A DNA stretch of 64,000 nucleotides, from positions 3,847,162 through 3,911,161 of the forward strand of contig OY761822.1 of the NCBI GenBank assembly GCA_963664945.1, given 5' to 3'. The translations under genes were made by a program, and so were the position numbers. This document shows, piece by piece, positions 43,335 through 53,109 of the stretch. The first letter of the stretch is position 1; each line of letters starts with the position of its first letter. The stretch is from Gammaproteobacteria bacterium (GTDB taxonomy: Bacteria > Pseudomonadota > Gammaproteobacteria > Steroidobacterales > Rariloculaceae). The notes below the pieces were generated by a model. It saw nothing but the letters and a program-made list of their open reading frames with translations. It did not search any database and was not told the DNA's origin.

Positions 43335-43853
43335 ATGGCTGAAACAAGTGCCGCCAAGAGATCGTCGGCGCGCCGCAAGACAAAGTCGCGCGCGGCGGGC
43401 GCCGGAGCCAACATCTTCTCCGGGCCGGTGCGCGGATTCGAGCCCTATCGGCCAAAGCGCGGCGAACCCTACATGAGCGACGGCCAGGTCGAGCACTTCC
43501 GGGATTTGCTCAACGCCTGGAAGCTGGAACTCATGGAAGAGGTGGACCGCACCATGCTGCACATGAAGGACGATGCGGCAAATTTCCCGGACCCGAGCGA
43601 TCGTGCGACCCAGGAGTCCGATTTCGGGCTGGAACTGAGAACCCGGGACCGCGAACGCAAGTTGCTCAGAAAGATCGACTCGGCGCTGCTGCGCATCGAA
43701 GATGGCTCCTACGGCTATTGCGAAGAAACAGGGGACGAGATCGGCCTGAGGCGCCTGGAAGCGCGGCCTGTGGCGACCCTTTGCCTGGAAGCTCAGGAAC
43801 GGCGCGAATTGGCGGAACGGCAATTCCGGGACCGGGAGGATCGCTACCGCTAG
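43335..43853 (+). CDS. dksA: RNA polymerase-binding transcription factor DksA, two-cysteine (DksA2-like) variant
   Basis: EPYRPKRGEPYMSDGQVEHFRDLL..W...L.EEVDRT..HM.D.AANFPDPSDRATQE....LELR.RDRERKL. The zinc-finger positions read CEET-x17-CLEA. Confidence 0.87.
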   Translation: MAETSAAKRSSARRKTKSRAAGAGANIFSGPVRGFEPYRPKRGEPYMSDGQVEHFRDLLNAWKLELMEEVDRTMLHMKDDAANFPDPSDRATQESDFGLELRTRDRERKLLRKIDSALLRIEDGSYGYCEETGDEIGLRRLEARPVATLCLEAQERRELAERQFRDREDRYR

Positions 43854-43905
43854 TGTCGAGCTCTGATGCGACAGAACAGGCTTGACTCGACACTAGGAGT
43901 TTTCG
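43851..43905 (+). terminator. Putative dksA terminator hairpin
   Basis: 10-bp stem TAGTGTCGAG (43851-43860) / CTCGACACTA (43886-43895) with a 25-nt loop, followed by GGAGTTTTCG. Confidence 0.4.
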
Positions 43906-44028
43906 CAGCGGGCTCGCTGCGCTGACCCGGAGGGAAATAAGGAGGCCCGTCGATCGGCAAATTTCGCCCCGGATGGCGCTCTGAAACAAAAAAGTTCACC
44001 AATACAGGACACTACCGCAAATTAGGTG

Positions 44029-44057
44029 GTGACAATTCAATTTGCGATGTCTATAAT
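44029..44057 (+). promoter_or_regulatory. Near-consensus sigma70 promoter with no downstream plus-strand ORF
   Basis: GTGACA (44029-44034), exactly 17 nt, TATAAT (44052-44057). Confidence 0.55.
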
Positions 44058-44063
44058 GCGCGC

Positions 44064-44152
44064 CGGCAGTGCGTTACTCCCCCAGCGCGTTGCTGCCGGT
44101 CGAGATTCGACCGGTCATTTTAAAGCCCCCGTTCTGCGGGGGCTTTTCTTTG
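44064..44152 (+). ncRNA. Candidate small RNA (about 90 nt) of unknown family
   Basis: Bounded by the promoter above and the intrinsic terminator GCCCCCG-ttctg-CGGGGGC plus TTTTCTTTG (44125-44152). Internal hairpins are CCGGCAG...CTGCCGG and CCGGTCG-agatt-CGACCGG. The next gene (pnp) is on the opposite strand. Confidence 0.45.
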
Positions 44153-44328
44153 GGAGTCGAGTCCGGCGCGGTGGGTACGGCTATACGGTGGGAGCCGCGT
44201 CCGGCGGTGTGGGCATGGCTATGGCCAACTGCTGCGTCGGGACCGCTCGATCACGCACAACGTCGATTGCGTGTGCGAACGGGCAATACCCGATAGCCAA
44301 CTGCTGCGTCGGGAGCGCTCGATCACGC
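44151..44328 (+). repeat. Intergenic direct repeats downstream of the sRNA candidate
   Basis: 38-nt tandem pair (units starting 44161 and 44199, GTCCGGCG..GTGGG.A.GGCTAT, 20/25 identical in the core). Also a 33-nt repeat GCCAACTGCTGCGTCGGGA(C/G)CGCTCGATCACGC at 44224-44256 and 44296-44328 (32/33). Confidence 0.7.
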
Positions 44329-46407
44329 CGCTTCAAGGTCCCTCATGCTCAACCGGATTCGTCCCTGGCGGTCGACCTCCAGCACCTTCACCTTGATGAC
44401 GTCGCCTTCGGAAAGCCTGTCGCTGACCTTTTCCACGCGCTCATTGGAAATCTGCGAGATGTGAACCAGGCCATCCTTGCCGGGGAGGATGGAGACAAAG
44501 GCGCCGAAGTCCATCAACCGGACCACCTTGCCCTCATAGATGCGGCCAACCTCCACGTCGGCCGTAATCAATTCGATCCGGGCCTGGGCATCGCGCCCGG
44601 AACTGCCGTCCACTGACGCGATACGGACCGTGCCGTCGTTCTCCACGTCGATGGTGGCGCCGGTTTCCTCCGTCATTGCGCGAATGACCGCGCCGCCCTT
44701 GCCGATGACGTCGCGAATCTTCTCGGGATCGATCTTGATGGTGATGATGCTCGGCGCCCAGTCGGACATCTTTTGCCGCGGCGCCCTGATCACGGAGTTC
44801 ATCCTTCCGAGGATGAACAGCCGGGCGTCGCGCGCCTGGTCCAGCGCATCGGCCATGATCTCGCCGGTGATGCCGTCGATCTTGATGTCCATCTGCAGCG
44901 CGGTGATGCCCGTGGCGGTGCCTGCGACCTTGAAATCCATGTCGCCCAGGTGATCCTCGTCCCCGAGGATGTCCGTGAGAACGACGTAGTCGTCGCCTTC
45001 CTTGACCAATCCCATGGCGACACCCGCAACCGGGGCCGCAATGGGCACGCCGGCGTCCATCAGCGACAGGCTCGTACCGCAGACGCTGGCCATGGAGCTG
45101 GAGCCGTTGGACTCGGTTATTTCCGACACGACCCGGGTCACGTAGGGGAAGTCGTCCGGTTTCGGAAGAACGGCTTCCATACCGCGGCGAGCCAACCGCC
45201 CGTGACCGATCTCGCGCCGTTTCGGGCCGGTCATGAAGGCGGTTTCTCCCACGCAGTACGGTGGGAAGTTGTAGTGGAGCATGAATTGATCCTTGCGCTC
45301 TCCCTCCAGCGCATCGATGATCTGCGCGTCTCGTCCCGTGCCGAGCGTCGTGACCACCAGCGCCTGGGTTTCACCCCTGGTGAAGAGCGCTGAACCGTGG
45401 GTCCTCGGCAGCAGGCCGACCTTCACGTCGACGGGCCTGACCCTGCGGGAGTCCCGTCCGTCGATCCGCGTCCCTCCGGAGAGCACGCGTCCGCGGACCA
45501 CATTCTTTTCGAGGCGGCTGAACTCGGCTTCGACCTGACCGGCGCTCCAGTTCGAGGCGTCGTCGCCCGCCAGCGCATCGACCAGTTCCCGCTTGATGCC
45601 CGCCAGGCGCGTTCGGCGCGCCTGCTTCTCCACAATCCCGTAGGCATCGCGCAATTGAGCGCCGGCCGCGCTTTCCACCGACCTGACCAGAAGCTCATCG
45701 GTCTCGGGCCCCTGCCAATCGAACGGTGTAATGGCCACTTCGGCCACCAGTTCATCGATCGCCCGAATCGCCCTCTGCATCTGCTCGTGCCCGTACAGCA
45801 CGGCGCCCAGCATGACCTTTTCGGAAAGCATGTTGGCTTCCGACTCCACCATCAGGACCGCGTTCCTCGTCCCGGCCACCACCAGGTCCAGATCGGACTC
45901 CGCCACGGTCGACATGGCCGGATTGGGGAGATAGGCGCCGTCGCGGTAGCCGACGCGGATGGCGGCGATGGGGCCCTGGAAGGGCAATCCCGAAATCGAC
46001 AATGCGGCAGATGCGCCGATCAGCGACGGGATATCCGCATTGATTTCCGGGTCCAGCGACAGCACCGTCGCAATCACCTGTACTTCGTTGCGGTACGCCT
46101 TGGGGAACAACGGCCGGATCGGGCGGTCGATCAGCCTTGACGTCAGCGTTTCCTTTTCGCTCGGCCGTCCCTCGCGCTTGAAGAATCCGCCGGGAATCTT
46201 TCCGGCGGCATACGTCTTTTCCTGGTAATTCACCGTGAGCGGGAAGAAATCCCGTTCGCCGCTGGCGCCTTTCCGGCCTACCGCGGTCACCAATACGACA
46301 GTATCGCCCATGGTCACCAGAACGGCGCCGTCTGCCTGACGCGCCATTTCACCTGTTTCGATGGTGACGGTCTGGTCACCGTATTCAAACGATTTGCTTA
46401 GTTTCAC
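44323..46407 (-). CDS. pnp: Polyribonucleotide nucleotidyltransferase (PNPase)
   Basis: Two RNase PH domains, KH and S1 ([18 protein letters not shown]). Start set at GTG 46407 ([25 protein letters not shown]), preceded by GGAAGA. Confidence 0.94.
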   Translation of the reverse strand: MKLSKSFEYGDQTVTIETGEMARQADGAVLVTMGDTVVLVTAVGRKGASGERDFFPLTVNYQEKTYAAGKIPGGFFKREGRPSEKETLTSRLIDRPIRPLFPKAYRNEVQVIATVLSLDPEINADIPSLIGASAALSISGLPFQGPIAAIRVGYRDGAYLPNPAMSTVAESDLDLVVAGTRNAVLMVESEANMLSEKVMLGAVLYGHEQMQRAIRAIDELVAEVAITPFDWQGPETDELLVRSVESAAGAQLRDAYGIVEKQARRTRLAGIKRELVDALAGDDASNWSAGQVEAEFSRLEKNVVRGRVLSGGTRIDGRDSRRVRPVDVKVGLLPRTHGSALFTRGETQALVVTTLGTGRDAQIIDALEGERKDQFMLHYNFPPYCVGETAFMTGPKRREIGHGRLARRGMEAVLPKPDDFPYVTRVVSEITESNGSSSMASVCGTSLSLMDAGVPIAAPVAGVAMGLVKEGDDYVVLTDILGDEDHLGDMDFKVAGTATGITALQMDIKIDGITGEIMADALDQARDARLFILGRMNSVIRAPRQKMSDWAPSIITIKIDPEKIRDVIGKGGAVIRAMTEETGATIDVENDGTVRIASVDGSSGRDAQARIELITADVEVGRIYEGKVVRLMDFGAFVSILPGKDGLVHISQISNERVEKVSDRLSEGDVIKVKVLEVDRQGRIRLSMRDLEAA

Positions 46408-46475
46408 TCTTCCATTCCCTGCACGCGCACCCGCTGCCCGCCCTGCGGACAGGTTCGATATGCGCAATAACGAAT

Positions 46476-46497
46476 CAGAGCCGTCGATACGGCTCTG
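46476..46497 (-). terminator. rpsO-pnp intergenic stem-loop (rpsO terminator / pnp leader processing hairpin-like)
   Basis: 9-bp stem CAGAGCCGT/ACGGCTCTG with a 4-nt loop, between the rpsO stop and the pnp start. The T tract is weak in the minus orientation. Confidence 0.4.
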
Positions 46498-46510
46498 AAA
46501 AAACTAGGAT

Positions 46511-46780
46511 TCAACGTCTCAGACCAAGGCGGCGTATCAGGTCCTGGTAGCGCCCCTGATCGTTCTTCTTCAAATAATCCAACAACTTGCGGCGCTGGTT
46601 GACCATTTTGAGCAACCCTCGGCGGGAGTGGTGATCCTTCTTGTGGCTGGCAAAATGGCCAGTGAGCTGCTTGATTCTCGCCGACAACAACGCCACCTGT
46701 ATCTCCGCTGAACCGGTATCGTCCTCACCACGCTGGTATTCAGCAATGATCCCGGATTTATCTGCCGCGCTTAGCCCCAT
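46511..46780 (-). CDS. rpsO: 30S ribosomal protein S15
   Basis: ...[52 protein letters not shown]. 89 aa from ATG 46780. Confidence 0.94.
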   Translation of the reverse strand: MGLSAADKSGIIAEYQRGEDDTGSAEIQVALLSARIKQLTGHFASHKKDHHSRRGLLKMVNQRRKLLDYLKKNDQGRYQDLIRRLGLRR

Positions 46781-46905
46781 CAATTTCACTCCGCGGCGCT
46801 AGCCGCGATTGGCGTGGTAACCCGGCCGGTCATGTTCTGCCTGCCGGAAAAACCGCGTATTCTACTCGCACATTCCCGTTCGTTCCACGCTTTTTCGTCA
46901 ATCCG

Positions 46906-47829
46906 TCAATCGGCGCCGCGGGATACCGCGAAAACGCGCCGCGGCGCCAGGCGCCCCGGGTCGGTCACCTCGCCGACACCCAGAAATTCCCCGTCGCGCG
47001 AATAGACCCGGACCCGCCCTCTCGGCCAGTCCGGCTCCGCCGTCGCCGCGCGGCCATTGGCGAAGGGCTCGCGCAGCGACGCGGGAACGTCGACACGCGG
47101 CCACGATGTCAGTGCCCGATCCGCCGGCAACAGGAATCGGTCCAGTGCCTCCGGTCCCTCCCGGGCGCGATCCTCAAGCGTCGCCACGTCCACCATTTGC
47201 GCCTCGCCGAACGGCCCCACGGACGTGCGGCGCAATGCCCGCACGTGCCCGAGCGTCCCGAGCGCGCGGGCAATGTCCTCGACCAGGGTCCGCACATAGG
47301 CGCCCTTCGAACAAGTGACGTCGAACTTAAGTTCCGGAGACTGCAGGCGCCGCAACCGCAAACGGAACACCCGGACGGTGCGCGGCTTGCGCGGGACCTC
47401 GATGCCCTGGCGAGCCAGCTTGTAGAGGCGCTGGCCCTTGTGCTTGAGGGCCGAATACATTGGCGGAGTCTGCTCATACTCGCCAACGAACCCGGCAAGA
47501 ACACTTTCGACCGTATCGGTCGAGACTTCGATCGCAGGACTTCGATCAACCACGGAACCGTGCGCGTCCCCGGTGTCCGTGGACTCGCCCAGGCACGCCG
47601 TCACGCGATAACTCTTGCGGGCGTCGAGGAGGTACGAACAGACCTTGGTCGCCGCGCCCAGGCACACCGGCAACATACCCGTCGCCAGCGGATCCAGGCT
47701 GCCCGTATGCCCCGCTTTTTTCGCGTTGTAGAGGCGCCTGACGCGCTGCAACGCCTGATTGGAGGTGGAGTCGGCGGGCTTGTCGAGCAGCACGATGCCG
47801 TTTACGGCGCGACGGGCCGGCCGCTTCAC
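46906..47829 (-). CDS. truB: tRNA pseudouridine(55) synthase
   Basis: NGIVLLDKP...TSN......R.....KKAGHTGSLDPLATGMLP is the TruB motif. The ATG overlaps the rbfA stop (ATGA). Confidence 0.9.
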   Translation of the reverse strand: MKRPARRAVNGIVLLDKPADSTSNQALQRVRRLYNAKKAGHTGSLDPLATGMLPVCLGAATKVCSYLLDARKSYRVTACLGESTDTGDAHGSVVDRSPAIEVSTDTVESVLAGFVGEYEQTPPMYSALKHKGQRLYKLARQGIEVPRKPRTVRVFRLRLRRLQSPELKFDVTCSKGAYVRTLVEDIARALGTLGHVRALRRTSVGPFGEAQMVDVATLEDRAREGPEALDRFLLPADRALTSWPRVDVPASLREPFANGRAATAEPDWPRGRVRVYSRDGEFLGVGEVTDPGRLAPRRVFAVSRGAD

Positions 47830-48227
47830 TCCGGCGACTCCCCGGAGGACGGCGAGGAGTCTTCCCCGGAAGTTCCGCTTATCCCGGAACCTTCGGTCGC
47901 GGCATCGATCAGGCGTGTCAACTCCAGTCCCCGCCGTGAGCCCTCATCGAGGGAAAACCTCAGTTCAGGCGTATGCCTGAGGCGCAGCAGTCGCGCGACC
48001 CGGGATCTGAGAAAACCGCCGGCCCGCTCAAGGGAGGCCAACACCGGTTGCGGGTCCGCATCCGGGTCCAGTGTACTGACGAAGACGCGAGCCACCCGGA
48101 TGTCCCCCGACACCCGCACCTCGGTGACGCTGACGCCCCGCAGCCGCGGGTCCTTGACGTCGCCATGGAGCAAATCGTTAAGCGCCCGCTGCAACTGCGA
48201 CGCCACGCGTAATGTCCTGGCCGGCAT
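47826..48227 (-). CDS. rbfA: Ribosome-binding factor A
   Basis: RVASQLQRALNDLL...DPRL..VSVTEVRVSGD...A.VF is the RbfA pattern. Acidic/Ser-rich C-terminal tail. Confidence 0.88.
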   Translation of the reverse strand: MPARTLRVASQLQRALNDLLHGDVKDPRLRGVSVTEVRVSGDIRVARVFVSTLDPDADPQPVLASLERAGGFLRSRVARLLRLRHTPELRFSLDEGSRRGLELTRLIDAATEGSGISGTSGEDSSPSSGESPE

Positions 48228-48301
48228 CGATTACCCGGGCAGGCTGGCGCGGCGCTGAAGGCGCGAGGCAGGAGCGGCAAGCGGGCGACCGATGCGAACC
48301 A

Positions 48302-50851
48302 TCAAACCTTGCGTTCGATTTCCGTCCGCTCGTAGCACTCGATATGATCGCCGACCTTGACGTCGTTGTAGTTCCTTACGCCGATCCCGCACTCGGTTCC
48401 GGCCCGAACCTCATTCACGTCATCCTTGAAGCGTCGCAGCGATTCGAGTTCGCCTTCGTAAATCACCACGTTGTCCCGCAAGACCCGGATCGGGTCATTC
48501 CGCCGCACGTAGCCGTCCACGACGAGGCATCCGGCCACGTTTCCGAACCGCGGCGAGCGGAAGATGTCGCGGACCTCCGCGAGGCCGACGATCTGCTCCT
48601 TGATCTCCGGCGCCAGCAGTCCGCTCACAGCCGCCTTAACGTCATCGATGGCTTCGTAGATGATGCTGTAGTAGCGGACATCCACACCCGTTTCCTTGAG
48701 AGCTTCCCGGGCTGCGGCGTCCGCGCGCACGTTGAAGGCGATCACGATGGCCTTCGAGGCCGCCGCCAACTGGATGTCGGATTCGGTAATGGCACCGACG
48801 CCGCTGGAGGTGATTCGGACCTTGACGCCGGACGTTGAAATCTGCTCCAGCGCCTCCCGAATCGCCTCGGCGCTGCCGTGCACATCGGCCTTGATCAGCA
48901 GTTGCACGGTCTCCATCGCACCCTCGGTCATCTGGCTGAACACGTCATCCAGCTTGACCGCCTGCCGCTGTGCCAGCTTGACGTCACGTTGCTTGCTTTG
49001 CCGCAATTCGGCGACTTCCCGGGCCTTGCGCTCGTCGGCCACCACCACCATGTCGTCGCCCGCCGATGGCGTGCCGGAGAGCCCGACCACGACGGCGGGC
49101 GAAGACGGCCCGGCGTCCTTTATCGGGGCGCCGGATTCGTCGAACATCGCGCGCACCCGGCCGTATTCCTGACCGGCCAGGACCATGTCACCGAGCTTCA
49201 GGCGGCCCTGGCCGACCAATACCGTGGCGACGGCCCCACGGCCCCGCTCCAGGCTGGCTTCCAGCACCACACCGGAGGCCGGCCCGGTATCGGGCGACTT
49301 GAAGTCCAGCACCTCGGCCTGCAACAGGATCGAGTCGAGCAGGTCGTCGATACCGGCGCCGGTCACCGCCGAGACATCCACGAACAGGTTTTCGCCGCCC
49401 CAGGCCTCGGGAATCACTTCGAGCTTGGAAAGTCCCTGTCGAACGCGATCCGGATCGGCATCCTCCCGGTCGATCTTGTTGACGGCGACCACGAGCGGCA
49501 CTTCGGCCGCCCTGGCGTGCTTGACCGCCTCTTCGGTCTGCGGCATGACCCCGTCGTCGGCGGCGACCACCAGCACGACGATATCGGTGACCTGGGCGCC
49601 GCGGGCGCGCATCGCGGTAAACGCCGCGTGTCCCGGGGTATCCAGGAATGTCACCCGGCCTTTCTTCGTGGCCACCGAATAGGCGCCGATGTGCTGGGTA
49701 ATGCCTCCGGCTTCGCCCGCCGCCACCCGCGTGCGGCGGATGTAATCCAGCAGCGAGGTCTTGCCGTGGTCCACGTGCCCCATCACCGTGACCACGGGCG
49801 GACGCGCATTCATGGGCGCCTCGCCGCTCGCCTTTACCACCGATTCCAGAAGCTGGTCTTCCAGCTCGGTCTCCGCGATCGGTTTGGCCGTGTGGCCCAT
49901 CTCCTCCACCACCAGCACGGCGGTGTCCTGGTCGATGACCTGGTTGATGGTCACCATCATGCCCATGTTCATGAGCGACTTGATGACTTCGCTGGACTTG
50001 ATGGCCATCCGTTGCGCCAGATCGCCAACCGTAATCGTTTCGCCGATCGCCACCTCGCGGACCACGGGCGCGGTGGGCTTTTCGAAGGCATGCTGGCTCT
50101 CCACACTGAGATGGACCGGCCGGCGCCGGGGCCGTTTCCTGCGCCGCCGGGCGCTGGTGCCAGGCGCGACATGCAGCGTCCTGTCCTTCGGCGGTTTCGC
50201 CGCCTGCCGCGCGCGCTCCATTTCCATCCTTGCCTGCGCGGCCCGTTCCTGCTGTTCCCGTTCCTTGCTGCGCCGCTCTTCCTCCGCCTGCCGGCGAGCC
50301 TCCTCGTCCTTGCGCCGCTTGCTCTCGGTTTCGGCCTGGCGCCGAGCCTCGATCTCGCGTTGCTCCTGCTCGGCCCTGAGACGCGCCTCTTCAGCGGCTT
50401 TCGCCGCCTCGGCGGCCCTGCGCTCGCGCTCCTCGCGCTCCGCCTGTTCAACCCGTTCCACATCGGCTTGTTGTCGAGCCAATTCCGCGTTGCGTTGCGC
50501 GTCCAGCTCTTCCTGCTGCTTGCGGGCCTGCTCCTGGAGCACGTCGCGCTTGATATAGGTGCGTTTGCGGCGCACCTCGACGCTCACGGTGCGCGCACGG
50601 CCCTGGCCGCCCGATAGTCTGATTTCGCTCTGCGACTTGCGCTTGAGGGTGATCTTGCGGGGCGTGGAGGCGCTCGCGTCCTTGCGTCCGTGGGCGCGGC
50701 GCAGGTGGGTGAGCAGCTCGAGCTTGGCATCGTCGCTGATGGTGTCGTCCGCCCCGGTGACGTCGATGCCGGCCTCGTCCAACTGGGACAGGAGCCGCTC
50801 CACGGGCACCCGCAGAACCTGGGCAAATTGTGTAACCGTTACATCCGCCAT
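48302..50851 (-). CDS. infB: Translation initiation factor IF-2
   Basis: 849 aa. Lys/Arg/Glu-rich N-region; G-domain [26 protein letters not shown]. Confidence 0.96.
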   Translation of the reverse strand: MADVTVTQFAQVLRVPVERLLSQLDEAGIDVTGADDTISDDAKLELLTHLRRAHGRKDASASTPRKITLKRKSQSEIRLSGGQGRARTVSVEVRRKRTYIKRDVLQEQARKQQEELDAQRNAELARQQADVERVEQAEREERERRAAEAAKAAEEARLRAEQEQREIEARRQAETESKRRKDEEARRQAEEERRSKEREQQERAAQARMEMERARQAAKPPKDRTLHVAPGTSARRRRKRPRRRPVHLSVESQHAFEKPTAPVVREVAIGETITVGDLAQRMAIKSSEVIKSLMNMGMMVTINQVIDQDTAVLVVEEMGHTAKPIAETELEDQLLESVVKASGEAPMNARPPVVTVMGHVDHGKTSLLDYIRRTRVAAGEAGGITQHIGAYSVATKKGRVTFLDTPGHAAFTAMRARGAQVTDIVVLVVAADDGVMPQTEEAVKHARAAEVPLVVAVNKIDREDADPDRVRQGLSKLEVIPEAWGGENLFVDVSAVTGAGIDDLLDSILLQAEVLDFKSPDTGPASGVVLEASLERGRGAVATVLVGQGRLKLGDMVLAGQEYGRVRAMFDESGAPIKDAGPSSPAVVVGLSGTPSAGDDMVVVADERKAREVAELRQSKQRDVKLAQRQAVKLDDVFSQMTEGAMETVQLLIKADVHGSAEAIREALEQISTSGVKVRITSSGVGAITESDIQLAAASKAIVIAFNVRADAAAREALKETGVDVRYYSIIYEAIDDVKAAVSGLLAPEIKEQIVGLAEVRDIFRSPRFGNVAGCLVVDGYVRRNDPIRVLRDNVVIYEGELESLRRFKDDVNEVRAGTECGIGVRNYNDVKVGDHIECYERTEIERKV

Positions 50852-50871
50852 TCGGTTCTCCCGGGTCCCCG

Positions 50872-52371
50872 CTACGCTTCCTCTTCTTCGAACCAGTGGG
50901 CGCGCGCCGCCATGATCAGGGTCGCCGCCCGCTCAGGCGCAAGGATTTCGATGTCCTCGATATCGTCCACGGCCTGCTCCGCGAGGTCTTCCCGGGTCAC
51001 GATACCGCGACTGGCCAGTTGAAAGGCAAGTTCGCGGTCCATGCCATCGAGATTCAGCAAATCCTCCGCGGGCTCGGACTGGTCCAGGACTTCCTCGGTC
51101 ACGATCGCCTGGGTGATCAGCACATCCCTGGCCCTGGCCCTGAGTTCCGTGACGATCTCCTCGTCGAATTCCTCGATGGCAATCAGTTCATTCGCCGGCA
51201 CGTAGGCGACTTCTTCCAGGGACGAGAATCCTTCCTGCACCAGGATGGAGGACACGACTTCATCCACATCCAGCTCCGTCATGAACTTCTCCAGCAGTTC
51301 CCGCGCCTCCCGCTCGCTCTTCCCCTCCGCGTCGGTTTCGGTCATGACGTTGAGTTCCCAACCGGTCAGTTCGCTGGCCAGGCGAATGTTCTGACCGCCG
51401 CGGCCGATGGCCTGGGAGAGCTTCTCCTCGTCGACGGCGATGTCCATGCTGTGGGCTTCCTCGTCCATCACGATACTCACCACGTCGGCCGGCGACATGG
51501 CGTTGATGACGAACTGGGCCGGATTTTCGTCGTAAAGGATGATGTCCACCCGTTCGCCGGCCAGTTCGTTGGAAACGGCCTGGACCCGCGACCCGCGCAT
51601 GCCGACGCAGGCGCCCACGGGATCTATCCGCGCGTCGTTGCTCCTGACCGCGATCTTCGCCCGCAAACCGGGGTCCCTCGCCGCGCCGATGATGTCGATC
51701 AGCCCCTGGCCCACTTCGGGCACCTCCAGCTTGAACAGCTCGACCAGAAATTCCGACGATGTCCGGGTCATGAACAGTTGCGGGCCGCGCTGTTCGGAAC
51801 GGACCTCGCGAAGCATGCCCTTGACACGGTCCTGAGGCTTGATGGGCTCCCGGGGAATCAGGTCCTCCCGCGCCAGGAACCCCTCCGCGTTGCCCCCCAG
51901 ATCGACATAGGCGCCATTGCGGTCCACCCGCTTGACGACTCCACCCACCAGGTCGCCTTCCCGGTCCCGGTAGTCCTCGATGACTTGCGCGCGCTCGGCC
52001 TCGCGAACCTTCGAAACGATGACCTGCTTGGCGGTCTGGGCGGCGATGCGCCCGAATTCCACGGACTCAAGGGGGACTTCCACGTACTCCCCGGGCTGCG
52101 CGCCGGCATCGACTTCGAAGGCGTCCTCCAGTCTCAGTTCCCTGAGCGGCTCCTCCAGTTCGTCGGAGTCGTCGGCAAACACCATCCAGCGTCTGAAGGT
52201 CTCGTACTCGCCGCTCCTTCGATCAATGGAGACGCGGACATCGATATCCTCGCCGTGTTTCTTGCGGGACGCGGAAGCCAGCGCGGCTTCGATGGCCTCG
52301 AAAATGATCTCCCTGTCCATGCCTTTCTCGTTGGAAACGGCATCGGCCACCATCAGGATCTCTTTGCTCAT
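50872..52371 (-). CDS. nusA: Transcription termination/antitermination factor NusA
   Basis: [17 protein letters not shown]...; S1 and KH domains; two C-terminal acidic HhH repeats. 499 aa. Confidence 0.96.
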   Translation of the reverse strand: MSKEILMVADAVSNEKGMDREIIFEAIEAALASASRKKHGEDIDVRVSIDRRSGEYETFRRWMVFADDSDELEEPLRELRLEDAFEVDAGAQPGEYVEVPLESVEFGRIAAQTAKQVIVSKVREAERAQVIEDYRDREGDLVGGVVKRVDRNGAYVDLGGNAEGFLAREDLIPREPIKPQDRVKGMLREVRSEQRGPQLFMTRTSSEFLVELFKLEVPEVGQGLIDIIGAARDPGLRAKIAVRSNDARIDPVGACVGMRGSRVQAVSNELAGERVDIILYDENPAQFVINAMSPADVVSIVMDEEAHSMDIAVDEEKLSQAIGRGGQNIRLASELTGWELNVMTETDAEGKSEREARELLEKFMTELDVDEVVSSILVQEGFSSLEEVAYVPANELIAIEEFDEEIVTELRARARDVLITQAIVTEEVLDQSEPAEDLLNLDGMDRELAFQLASRGIVTREDLAEQAVDDIEDIEILAPERAATLIMAARAHWFEEEEA

Positions 52372-52396
52372 CGATCACGCATCTCCACGAACGGCA

Positions 52397-52855
52397 TCAC
52401 AGTTCCGAAACCAGTTTTGCCGAAGCGATGTCCGCCGGCCGCAACCGCCAGACCTCCCCATCGACGTCCATGACGATCGACTCATCGCGAATGCCCAACA
52501 GCCGCCCGTCCAGCATGCGTCGGCTCTCCCTCGGCTCTCTCAACCGGACTTTCGCCCGGCGATCCCGGAAGCGCCGGAAGTGATCCAGCGTGCGCAGCGG
52601 CCGGTCGAGTCCCGGCGACGACACTTCGAGCACATAACGGCCCGGCAGCGGGTCTTCCACATCCAGAAAGGCGCTGAGCTGCCGGCTCACAAGCTCGCAG
52701 TCCGAAAGATTCACGCCCTCCTCCTTGTCGATAAAGATTCGCAGAAGGCCCGCGCGGCCGACGCGAACATCAATATCCACCAACTCGTAACCGAGCGCCT
52801 CGACCGGCGGCTCCAGTTGTTCGATCAGTCGCTGCTTACGAATCGCGTGATCCAT
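52397..52855 (-). CDS. rimP: Ribosome maturation factor RimP
   Basis: LIEQLEPPVEALGYELVDI......LRIFIDK.EGV.L.DCE.VSRQLS..LDVEDP.PG.Y.LEVSSPGLDRPL. Start ATG 52855. Confidence 0.88.
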   Translation of the reverse strand: MDHAIRKQRLIEQLEPPVEALGYELVDIDVRVGRAGLLRIFIDKEEGVNLSDCELVSRQLSAFLDVEDPLPGRYVLEVSSPGLDRPLRTLDHFRRFRDRRAKVRLREPRESRRMLDGRLLGIRDESIVMDVDGEVWRLRPADIASAKLVSEL

Positions 52856-52870
52856 GTCGCCCTCGCAGGT

Positions 52871-52895
52871 ACAAAAAATGGGCCCCAAGCCCATT
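52871..52895 (-). terminator. Terminator-like hairpin in the rimP leader (proximal)
   Basis: Minus strand reads AATGGGC-ttggg-GCCCATT followed by TTTTGT, 16 nt upstream of the rimP ATG. Confidence 0.45.
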
Positions 52896-52936
52896 GTTCT
52901 TCTATCGCCCTCCTCGATGCGCCGTTTTTGGAGGCG

Positions 52937-52964
52937 CCAAACAAAAGGCCCCGACCGGGGCCTT
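52937..52964 (-). terminator. Terminator-like hairpin in the rimP leader (distal)
   Basis: Minus strand reads AAGGCCCC-ggtc-GGGGCCTT followed by TTGTTTGG. Confidence 0.45.
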
Positions 52965-53109
52965 CCATGCAAAGGCTTTACCTCAAAAAACCTTACCAAC
53001 CAGTTGATTTTTGACAAAAACAACTAGCGACAAAGCGGTTGCTGTCCCGCCAAATCCAACGTATTGTACCCCAGCCGCCACCGAGATACCACGATCATCC
53101 ACCGATTCG

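Noticed and set aside
44026-44616. 196-aa and 75-aa plus-strand ORFs starting in the dksA-pnp intergenic region
   Set aside because: They run through a promoter, terminator and repeats, then antisense into pnp. They have no coding signature, so the region is better explained as an sRNA plus repeats.
52856-53100. Expected tRNA-fMet (metY) upstream of rimP
   Set aside because: No cloverleaf-compatible sequence or GGTTCGAATCC-type T-loop is visible on either strand. Only hairpins with T tracts are present.
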